From the NCBI GenBank assembly GCA_038139415.1, contig JAYOSV010000012.1, positions 1 to 64,000 on the forward strand: a stretch of DNA of 64,000 nt. The letters are read 5' to 3'. The position numbers and the translations under genes are program-made. Shown here piece by piece: positions 1 through 7,730 of this stretch. A model generated the notes under the pieces. It was given only the letters and a program-made list of their open reading frames with translations, was not told where the DNA came from and made no database searches. Position 1 is the first letter of the stretch. Every line of letters begins with the position of its first letter. The stretch is from Verrucomicrobiales bacterium. Lineage in GTDB: Bacteria; Verrucomicrobiota; Verrucomicrobiia; Limisphaerales; UBA1100.

Positions 1-348
1 CGAATGGGCCACGCCACCATCGTTACTCTGCAAGGCCCAGACCACCGCCAATACAAATGCGGTAACGGCCGAAACCAACGCCACGGTGGTGGGCGTGTTT
101 TGCCGGACCCAAACCCAGGCGGCGTTGGGTTCACGGGCCGTTTCAGGCTGTGGCAGAACTTCCAGTTCCGGGAGGACTTTCGGCTCCTCAACCTCAACCG
201 GTTCCGCCACCGCCGAAGCCGATTCCGTCTTCAACTGGGCTTCCAGTGCGATGCGAAGCTTATCCAGATCCACTGAGCCATCAGTCGGCAGGCGTAACCG
301 CAACTTGACGTTGGGTTCCTTGCGCGATTGATGGCGGGGTTGGCTCAT
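1..348 (-). CDS. Hypothetical membrane protein, 5' partial (N-terminal 116 aa; the gene runs off the window start)
   Basis: Manual reverse-complement translation from the ATG at 346-348 gives MSQPRHQSRKEPNVKLRLRLPTDGSVDLDKLRIALEAQLKTESASAVAEPVEVEEPKVLPELEVLPQPETAREPNAAWVWVRQNTPTTVALVSAVTAFVLAVVWALQ..., with no stop before position 1. A hydrophobic TM-like segment sits at the end of the visible part. The start lies 3 nt after the stop of the PLD gene on the same strand. The ORF track omits it because it has no in-window stop. Confidence 0.45.
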   Translation of the reverse strand, partial: MSQPRHQSRKEPNVKLRLRLPTDGSVDLDKLRIALEAQLKTESASAVAEPVEVEEPKVLPELEVLPQPETAREPNAAWVWVRQNTPTTVALVSAVTAFVLAVVWALQSNDGGVAHS

Positions 349-351
349 GGA

Positions 352-1056
352 TCAACTGAAATCGCGCCACAGTTTATCAAACATCCGCGTAAAATCCTTA
401 AGGAGATCGCGGTCGGTGGTAATGAGAAAGTTTTCCTCGTTATGCAGCGAGGCTGAACGCGTCCAGTTGTAGCTGCCCGTGAGGAGTTTTGATTTATCGA
501 AGATGGCAAACTTATGGTGCATGTGATGCTCAGAGCGATCCACGCGCACGGGAATCCCCATACGCCCAAGCCGGTCGATATCAGAACCGGCATCCATGGC
601 CTTGTCATCATCGCTGATCACCCGCACCTGCACATTGCGCCGATGGGCGCGCTCCATGGCATCCACAATCCGGTTGTCCGTAATGGTAAACACACACACA
701 TCTACCGAGGCGCGAGCCGTGCCAAACATTTCCGTGATCTTGCCTACGCAATTGTCATCCGGACTAAAGTAGGATTTGGCCTCCTCGCGCTTGCCGCCGG
801 CCGGAAGATTCTCTGCGGGGTGTAGGGTTTTGACCGTGCCTTCCAGCCAATCCAACACCTGAAAGCGTTGGCCGGCATCGGCCTTGGCAAGGGCTTCGCG
901 GGCGGCATCAAAGGCCATGCTCCGATAAAGCGCGCGGCGCTGCTCGTCGCCACGGACATTATCTAGCAAATCGCGGAGTTCGTTGCGTTCTTTCTTAGTG
1001 AGTTGATAATCCTCCAGCGTTTCCTGGAGTAGGGCTTTGACCTCGTGATCTTTCAT
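352..1056 (-). CDS. Phospholipase D-family (single HKD motif, Nuc-like) nuclease/phosphodiesterase with ~100-aa coiled N-terminal extension
   Basis: Canonical HxK(x4)D(x6)GSxN motif: HHKFAIFDKSKLLTGSYNWT. A single copy in 234 aa is typical of Nuc-type PLD enzymes that act as dimers. Confidence 0.8.
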   Translation of the reverse strand: MKDHEVKALLQETLEDYQLTKKERNELRDLLDNVRGDEQRRALYRSMAFDAAREALAKADAGQRFQVLDWLEGTVKTLHPAENLPAGGKREEAKSYFSPDDNCVGKITEMFGTARASVDVCVFTITDNRIVDAMERAHRRNVQVRVISDDDKAMDAGSDIDRLGRMGIPVRVDRSEHHMHHKFAIFDKSKLLTGSYNWTRSASLHNEENFLITTDRDLLKDFTRMFDKLWRDFS

Positions 1057-1245
1057 AATTATAGGTATGCGTTACCCGCGAATGGCGGGAGCGTTGGGAC
1101 AGTGATCACCCTACCGAGCCGATCCATAACCGCCAAGAATTAACCCACGGATTTTCGGCGAAAAATGTTCCATATATTCGTCTTTTCGACTAATCTCCCA
1201 TTACCCACTCGCTGCGAACTACAACCCACAAGGGAAGGCTCTGTC

Positions 1246-2100
1246 ATGGCCAAGTTTCTAGATAATTGGAAAAACAAAGTTACGACCTATAAAAACAAGG
1301 CGGAAGAAATTCGCGCCATGATCGAGGAAGGCGCGGAGACGATTCGCGACATTCGTGCGGATGTCGAGGGCACCGTCGAGGATCTTAAAGCAGACAGCGA
1401 GGTAAAGATGATGGAAAGCCTGGAGAAAATCCAGGACTCCGAGCGAGTCTTCAAGAAGGCTGGGTATCTGCTTAGCGCAATCGAACTGGAGATGGGGTTC
1501 AACCCCAAGGTCGTTGCCGTGCTGAAACGCGAATCGGAAATCGGATCCCGCAAAAAAGAACGCCTATTGAAACAGCACGAGAACAACAAACTTCTATCCA
1601 CCGTGCTCACCTCCCTGTTCAAAGCCGAGGCGCTGGAGGATAAGGTTCATCTTCGACGGCTGACCTTCAGTGAGGTGCACATTGAGATGGGCCTCGTCCC
1701 CGCCGTGCATGTGTTGTGGAAAGACAAGGCCGCCTCCAGCATCAGTACGGACGCCATTCTGCCGATTGAGGAAAGCCCCAGCAGCAGCGGCAGCTCGTTT
1801 ACCTCCAACTCCTCGTTCACCAGCAGCCGCTCATCCTTCGTAAGCCAACCATCGGCCTTTACCTCCGGCGAAACCGCCGAAGCAGCCCCGACCGAAGAAG
1901 AAACCCCACCGCTGCCTCCAGCGGAACCGACCGCCGAGGAAGCTGCCGCGCCACCGCCACCACAAGCTGAGACCGAGGAGGAAGAGGATGCAGAGAGCTT
2001 CACCGCCCCGGTGGTCAGCGCTAGTGCTCGTGATCCGGAAGATGACAAATGGACCAGCTTTCCGGACATCTCCTTCCCATCGAGTAAGGACGACAAATAA
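1246..2100 (+). CDS. Hypothetical protein: coiled/helical N-terminal half, Ser/Thr/Pro/Glu-rich low-complexity C-terminal tail
   Basis: The ORF track starts at 1165, but the first ATG with a sensible N-terminus (MAKFLDNWKNK) is at 1246. The C-terminus has SFTS-type repeats and an acidic Pro/Glu-rich tract. No recognisable catalytic motif. Followed by a strong terminator. Confidence 0.5.
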   Translation: MAKFLDNWKNKVTTYKNKAEEIRAMIEEGAETIRDIRADVEGTVEDLKADSEVKMMESLEKIQDSERVFKKAGYLLSAIELEMGFNPKVVAVLKRESEIGSRKKERLLKQHENNKLLSTVLTSLFKAEALEDKVHLRRLTFSEVHIEMGLVPAVHVLWKDKAASSISTDAILPIEESPSSSGSSFTSNSSFTSSRSSFVSQPSAFTSGETAEAAPTEEETPPLPPAEPTAEEAAAPPPPQAETEEEEDAESFTAPVVSASARDPEDDKWTSFPDISFPSSKDDK

Positions 2101-2114
2101 CTAACTTATCTCAA

Positions 2115-2148
2115 CAAAAAGGCCGGCATCACGCCGGCCTTTTTTTTT
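2115..2148. terminator. Bidirectional rho-independent terminator between convergent genes
   Basis: A-run, then a perfect hairpin GGCCGGC-atcac-GCCGGCC, then T9 (aaaaaggccggcatcacgccggccttttttttt). It serves the + gene ending at 2100 and the - gene ending at 2163. Confidence 0.8.
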
Positions 2149-2162
2149 GGAAATTCAGCACC

Positions 2163-5100
2163 CTACTCCGCCGGAGGTGATTCCTGCCCCTCGGCCGGCG
2201 GCGCTTGTCCTTCGGACTGTTGCTGGGCTTGAGCCGTTTTAAGCTGGTCCAAAATCTGTTGGATCAGTTCATCGCTGTTCTGCGTCATTTGTTGACTGAC
2301 ATCCACCACCACTTCGCTCGGCTGCGACTCGCGCAGTTGCCCCTGTAATTCAGTGACTCTCTCCTGATAATTGCCGAACAATGCACCCACCTGTTGCAGT
2401 GCCGTCTGCAGTTGTGCGGCCTGAGCGGAGGCCTGAGATTGGTTAATCGTTTGGGCCAATTGCTGGTTGCTCTGCTGGATGAATTCCATCATGGCCTGTT
2501 GGCGGTCGGCCAACATCTGCTGATTCCCTTCCGCCACCGCAGATGCCTGACTGGATTGTTCCAGATATTTCTCAATCGCCGCGCTGATCGCTTCCATCTG
2601 ATTGGATGAAACGGGAGCCGGCGCACCCTCGACTGCCCCGGCAGTTTCCCCTCCTGCGACCGGAGCATTAGCAGAATTTTCGGCCAATGTTTGGCGAAGT
2701 TTTTCCAGGTCGGCGCTTAACGCACTGGTGTCGATGGTGGTCGTGCGGTCCTTTGAAAGTTCTTCCTTGAGTGTGTCCTGGATCGACTCAAGGCCGCCGC
2801 TGAAGAGGGACAGCTGGCTAACCACGCGGCTGACGGGGTCGTTTTGGTCGCCGCCCTGCAGATATTGGTTCCGGCCGAAGGTGCGCTTAATTTCCTCCCA
2901 ACGCTCCGCTTCCTCCTCGCTCATCACGCCGATGAGTTGCTTAAACTTGAGGAAGTTTGCTTCGGCGCCGGTGGTGAGCGTTTGACTCTCACCCTTGTAA
3001 TGATCGAGCACGAGATCCATCAACTCCTGCTCGTTCATCATCGGCAACACCTTTTCGGCGAGACGGTTCATGTTCCGGTAGGAACCCTGCATCTTGAAAG
3101 CCGGCTCCGTACGGAATTCATCGGACTGCCCGGCGCTTTCGATGTAGAGTTGGTTCACCTTCAACACCACATCGCGGAGCGTGATCATCTTCTTGATCAC
3201 TGTGATTAATTCCTCTTGTTCGTTGGCGGAGAAATTACCCTGCAATTCGATGCCCTCGCGCTGATCGGTTTCAGCCATGCGAATAAACGCCTGAATATCC
3301 TTCTGCGCCGCCTTACCAAGCGATTGCAGTGCGGGGTTCGAAGTGATTGCGTTCTCAATGTAACTGCCGGAGAAAGCAGTTTCGCGGCCTTTCATGTCGT
3401 CACCGAGGTTGTAGGTGTCTGCACGGTTGGTGAGCATGTCCGGCACACGGAATTTTTCACCGCTCTCGGTGTAGGGGTTACCAGCCATCACCACCACCAC
3501 GCGGCGACCGCGCATATCGTAGGTCTTCGGCTGGCCGCGCCACACGCCCTCGATCTTGCGCTGGGCATCACACAACGAAATAAACTTCTGTAGAAACTCC
3601 GGATTACAGTGCTGGATGTCGTCCACGTAGATCATCACGTTATCGCCCATCTCAAGCGCGAGGTTGAGCTTCTTGACCTCCTCACGTGCACCAGCATTGG
3701 GAGCCTCCTCGGGATCGAGCGAGGTTACCTCATGGCCAAGCGCCGGGCCGTTGATCTTCATGAAAATCAGTCCCATGCGGTTGGCGAGATATTCCATTAA
3801 GGTGGTCTTACCATATCCGGGAGGAGAGATGAGCAGCAGCAAACCCATGAGGTCCGTGCGCTTGGCATCGCCGGCCGCACCAATCTGCTTGGCAAGGTTA
3901 TCGCCGACAATCGGCAGATACACTTCATCCACCAACTGGTTCCGCACAAAGGATGACAAAACGCGCGGCTCAAATTCATGCAGGCGCAGTGCCTCTTTTT
4001 CAGATTCGATAAGCGCCTGTTTCAACTCCTGATACGCCTCAAAGCGCGGCACCGATTCGCGGGCAAAGCGTCCGAGCTTCTCTTGGAAAGCCAGATAATC
4101 GAACGGATAATTCCCGCCCTCTTCCACTGCATCATGCGCGCCCTGAATACCTTCCAGAACCTGCCCGGTAGCCGCCTTCACCACGGCCTGTTTGTGGAGG
4201 TGGCCGCAGAAAACCAGTCCCGCCACTTCCTCGAGATATTTATTGGCGCCATTACGGTCGAGCAGGAAGCCGCGTACCCAGTCACGAATCAGCTGATAAT
4301 GACTGTGCGGATCCTTCTGAAGCGGTTTCTGCGCCTTGGCAAAATCGCTTTCACGACCTTTCTTCACGAGATGCCGCTCAAACTCCGTGAGCAGACTGTC
4401 GGCCTCTTGGCTGACCACCCAATCGCGGCCGTTGGTGTGTTCGTAGAAGAGATATTCGCCGGCCGGATCCGCATCCTCAGGCGGGAATAAACCGGTCTCT
4501 TCAACGAACGCGGCCACCATGGCACGCAGTTCGGCCACATAATCGGCCTGAGTGGGATCGCCCGGGAAAATTTCGTTACGGGTGGCAAAGCCCTCCAGAC
4601 GGGCGAGCATCATCTTCGCGGCATCCGGATCACAAAATTTATTCCAGAACACCGCCGCACAGGCGCGCGCGCGCGGATAATACCGCGCAAGTTGAAGCGC
4701 ACTTTGAGTGCTAAGCAGTGCCGCTAAAATCTTTTCGGCGTCCTGATCATGGATACCCTTGGTATAGGCCTCCGAATAACGGTCGCCCATGAAGCCCTGC
4801 ACAACCTTCAGGCGTTCCTCGACACTCATCTCCGCCACCTCGGTCATGCGGACGATGCCCTGCTGCTCCAGCTTTTGCCACAACAGGTAGGCGAGATATT
4901 CCGCGCGGTAAACTTCATTATCCTCAGACACCACCGTTTGATCCCACACCTCGCGAGTGGCCAAGAAGGCTTCATCGGTGACTTCATCGAAATATTGCGT
5001 GCCCGTCAGATGCAGATTCTGATCATTGCCGCGTCGCACCATGGTAAGATCCAAAGGCTGTGCGTTGACGGCAAACTTATGTTTTCCGAACTGGATGACA

Positions 5101-7721
5101 TTCTGCCCATCCACATACAGCTCCTGCTTATCCTTGAGCTGGCGTACGGCCTCCTCGTGAATGCTCTTGAGCTGACTTTGGATACCCTCCGCTTCGCCGG
5201 CCTTGTCCAGCGCTTGCAGTTCTTCCACGCGTTCGCGGATCGAATCAATCATCCGATCGCCAGCCATATAGCCATTGATGTCATTGACATCCTCAAACGT
5301 CCCGAGCTTGTGTTCGATGCTCTTGAGCATGCGCTCGGCAGATGACACCAGCGCGGTGGCTTTGCGGTTTCTGGCCTCTTCCAGTTGCAGGCGTTTCTGC
5401 TCAAAAGCCGTCTCCAGCTCACTACGTTTTTGGTCGAGCTGCTCGATGTATTCCGGGAAATCCGCAAAGTCACCACCGAGATCCTCAAGTTGATTGAGGA
5501 TGTTGTTAAAGTACTCATCGCACTTCTCCGGCGAGTCGGACATGTCCAAATAATTGGTCGCCGTCTGGCTCAGCAGCAAAATCTGTGCGTTAAACTGCGC
5601 GGCTCCTTCCGCCGTCATCAGCGAGCGCATCTTGTTCTTCAGCGCTTCCTTTACCTGATTGACCACCTGATAAATCGTCGTGATCCCCTCCACGATGCGT
5701 GTCTGTTCGGTGGTATCGTCAATCGACAGACTCCGGACGATGTCGATCAACATTTCCAGATCCGAGCCCGCCGTCGTTATCTCCTCCTCCAGCTCCTTGC
5801 CCTCTGCCACCTTGGTGACACCATCCACACGCCCGCGCTGTTCCTCAGCCCGTTCACGATAGGGATCCAACGATTCGGGCTGCAGCAAAAATTCCACGCA
5901 CTTCTGTGAGAGCACATCCACCTGCTCCTTCACCTGCGCTTCCAGCGCCTCCATGGCGGCGGCATCAATGAAACGCACCTCATCCTTCAGCGTAATAATC
6001 TCGCCGCGCATCCGTCGTAACCCGCCCAGATTGGCCACAAAATCATCCACAGACTTGAAATTGGCCCGACCCACCTGGCTAAAGAGTTCCTTAGAACGCT
6101 TGGCAATATCCTCGGATCGTTCACGAGCCTCCAGCTTGAGGCGGCGTACTTTGTCGAATTCCGCAATCGCTTTCTCCGCAGTTTCTGCGACGCCCTTGAG
6201 GACTTCGATAATCTTACCACCCTCCTCGGATCCCAGCCACGTATGCGCGCTGGGAATACTACCTGCCTTGGCGGCCATGTCTGCGTACAGATCAGCATAT
6301 GGCGATTCCTTTTGGATCAGCAGCAGTACCTCATTGCACTCCGCCATCGCTTTCACCACGGCTTTGTTGCCCACCTGAAACAACAACGAATCGCGTTCGC
6401 CGCTCTCCGGTTCAAAGCCTGGTTGATAAAAGGGCGATTGGCGCACCTGAATCATGTGATGCTTGATTGCCTCTTCCTCCGCCCGAAAACTCACCAAGTC
6501 ACCATTCGGAAACAACGAAAATCCATGGCAGGCAATACGTTCGGAGATCTCCTGTTCAATCAACCGATAGGGCATCAAGGCATACAGGCCGGACATGCGA
6601 TTGAAAAAGACGTATAGATAATCTTCTCCGTTCGGCGAGGTCATGGTCCGTTCCAGCAACATGTCGCCCTCTTCGGCCTCGTAACGCTTCAGCTCGCCGC
6701 TCTGGAGATAGTAGCCATCCGGAAAGATTAGGCCATGCTCTTCGGGTAGCAGGATGCAGGATTGCCCGATCGAATCCACACGGTGAACGGATTGCAGTTT
6801 TTCGTTGAAAATAAAATACCGGGTAACCTTCTCCCGGTAGGGCGTAATTTTGATCAGGATCAACGCGCCCTGAATAGCGTACTGAATCTCAGCATCGTCC
6901 AACTTCTGGTTACGATCCTCCACCGGTTCCGAATAAATGCCTTCCCCCGTGGCTGTATTATCCTCGATCTTGATCGTGAGATCGCCGCCCACACATTCCA
7001 CAAAAACCCGATCCTGAATCGATACATGCGGATTGTCACCGTGCCGAACATCACTCGGTGTGGAGTTGACCCATTGGAAATTAAACTCCGCTGGAAACGC
7101 AGTGTTTAAGTATTCGTTGGCCGCTCGATCATTGTCATAAACCAGTTGGCCATCAGCATTAATCAGCCACTTATAGACTGTGACATCCCCCACTTTGCTG
7201 CCCGTGCGGAACACCATATAAAAGTTCGAGCCAACCTGGGCAAACCGATGAAAGCGGGCATCCTTGTTGACTGAAAACATGACGCCAAACCGTTCCTGAA
7301 ATTTAGCATCATGCAGGATGGACAGATCACCTTCCTTGAATTCCTCCGCAGCCTCGTCGTAATCGTATACGGCGAATACGTCGCTCAGCTGCCCCTGCTT
7401 GAGGCCCAGCTCAACATTGAAGCCAAAGAGGAAATGATCGTGACCCAACTGAATCATATCCCGCGGCTCACAATTGAGCTGCGTGGACACGCGGGCCATT
7501 TTCTTAAGCTCCAGTTTCTTGGAGCCAAACACCTGTGCCCGGCGCTCATCCAGTTTCCCCAGCTCCTCGCGCAGGGTAGCGCCCTGGTCGTTCAGGCGCT
7601 GCTTGATGAGATCGTATGCGCCGCCCTCCAGCGCTGTCGTTGCGCCTTCTCCGGTATTTCCACTGTCGGGAGGTTCCGCCATGGATAGAGCCCCAATTGC
7701 CCCGGCCAATGACCGGGGCAA
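2163..7721 (-). CDS. Giant (≈1840-1852 aa) coiled-coil protein with a MoxR/AAA_5-like ATPase core
   Basis: Walker A LLLISPPGYGKTTLMEYLA, Walker B NVMIYVDDIQH and a MoxR-type sensor region VVVVMAGNPYTESGEKFRVPDMLTNRAD sit in the C-terminal third. About 1200 aa of unassigned N-terminal sequence. Extensive predicted coiled coil and a Gln/Ala-rich C-terminal tail. The ORF-track start at 7721 is a TTG; an in-frame ATG at 7682 (MAEPPDSG...) is the more likely start. It lies 10-48 nt downstream of the flotillin gene on the same strand. Confidence 0.75.
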   Translation of the reverse strand: MPRSLAGAIGALSMAEPPDSGNTGEGATTALEGGAYDLIKQRLNDQGATLREELGKLDERRAQVFGSKKLELKKMARVSTQLNCEPRDMIQLGHDHFLFGFNVELGLKQGQLSDVFAVYDYDEAAEEFKEGDLSILHDAKFQERFGVMFSVNKDARFHRFAQVGSNFYMVFRTGSKVGDVTVYKWLINADGQLVYDNDRAANEYLNTAFPAEFNFQWVNSTPSDVRHGDNPHVSIQDRVFVECVGGDLTIKIEDNTATGEGIYSEPVEDRNQKLDDAEIQYAIQGALILIKITPYREKVTRYFIFNEKLQSVHRVDSIGQSCILLPEEHGLIFPDGYYLQSGELKRYEAEEGDMLLERTMTSPNGEDYLYVFFNRMSGLYALMPYRLIEQEISERIACHGFSLFPNGDLVSFRAEEEAIKHHMIQVRQSPFYQPGFEPESGERDSLLFQVGNKAVVKAMAECNEVLLLIQKESPYADLYADMAAKAGSIPSAHTWLGSEEGGKIIEVLKGVAETAEKAIAEFDKVRRLKLEARERSEDIAKRSKELFSQVGRANFKSVDDFVANLGGLRRMRGEIITLKDEVRFIDAAAMEALEAQVKEQVDVLSQKCVEFLLQPESLDPYRERAEEQRGRVDGVTKVAEGKELEEEITTAGSDLEMLIDIVRSLSIDDTTEQTRIVEGITTIYQVVNQVKEALKNKMRSLMTAEGAAQFNAQILLLSQTATNYLDMSDSPEKCDEYFNNILNQLEDLGGDFADFPEYIEQLDQKRSELETAFEQKRLQLEEARNRKATALVSSAERMLKSIEHKLGTFEDVNDINGYMAGDRMIDSIRERVEELQALDKAGEAEGIQSQLKSIHEEAVRQLKDKQELYVDGQNVIQFGKHKFAVNAQPLDLTMVRRGNDQNLHLTGTQYFDEVTDEAFLATREVWDQTVVSEDNEVYRAEYLAYLLWQKLEQQGIVRMTEVAEMSVEERLKVVQGFMGDRYSEAYTKGIHDQDAEKILAALLSTQSALQLARYYPRARACAAVFWNKFCDPDAAKMMLARLEGFATRNEIFPGDPTQADYVAELRAMVAAFVEETGLFPPEDADPAGEYLFYEHTNGRDWVVSQEADSLLTEFERHLVKKGRESDFAKAQKPLQKDPHSHYQLIRDWVRGFLLDRNGANKYLEEVAGLVFCGHLHKQAVVKAATGQVLEGIQGAHDAVEEGGNYPFDYLAFQEKLGRFARESVPRFEAYQELKQALIESEKEALRLHEFEPRVLSSFVRNQLVDEVYLPIVGDNLAKQIGAAGDAKRTDLMGLLLLISPPGYGKTTLMEYLANRMGLIFMKINGPALGHEVTSLDPEEAPNAGAREEVKKLNLALEMGDNVMIYVDDIQHCNPEFLQKFISLCDAQRKIEGVWRGQPKTYDMRGRRVVVVMAGNPYTESGEKFRVPDMLTNRADTYNLGDDMKGRETAFSGSYIENAITSNPALQSLGKAAQKDIQAFIRMAETDQREGIELQGNFSANEQEELITVIKKMITLRDVVLKVNQLYIESAGQSDEFRTEPAFKMQGSYRNMNRLAEKVLPMMNEQELMDLVLDHYKGESQTLTTGAEANFLKFKQLIGVMSEEEAERWEEIKRTFGRNQYLQGGDQNDPVSRVVSQLSLFSGGLESIQDTLKEELSKDRTTTIDTSALSADLEKLRQTLAENSANAPVAGGETAGAVEGAPAPVSSNQMEAISAAIEKYLEQSSQASAVAEGNQQMLADRQQAMMEFIQQSNQQLAQTINQSQASAQAAQLQTALQQVGALFGNYQERVTELQGQLRESQPSEVVVDVSQQMTQNSDELIQQILDQLKTAQAQQQSEGQAPPAEGQESPPAE

Positions 7722-7730
7722 TTGAGTGAA

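Noticed and set aside
3978-5909. Several 170-200-aa plus-strand ORFs (3978-4490, 4749-5345, 5385-5909) inside the giant minus-strand ATPase gene
   Set aside because: Antisense shadow ORFs of a high-GC gene. Their translations are low-complexity (Leu/Arg/His-rich) with no motifs. The minus-strand frame is continuous over 5.5 kb with clear ATPase motifs.
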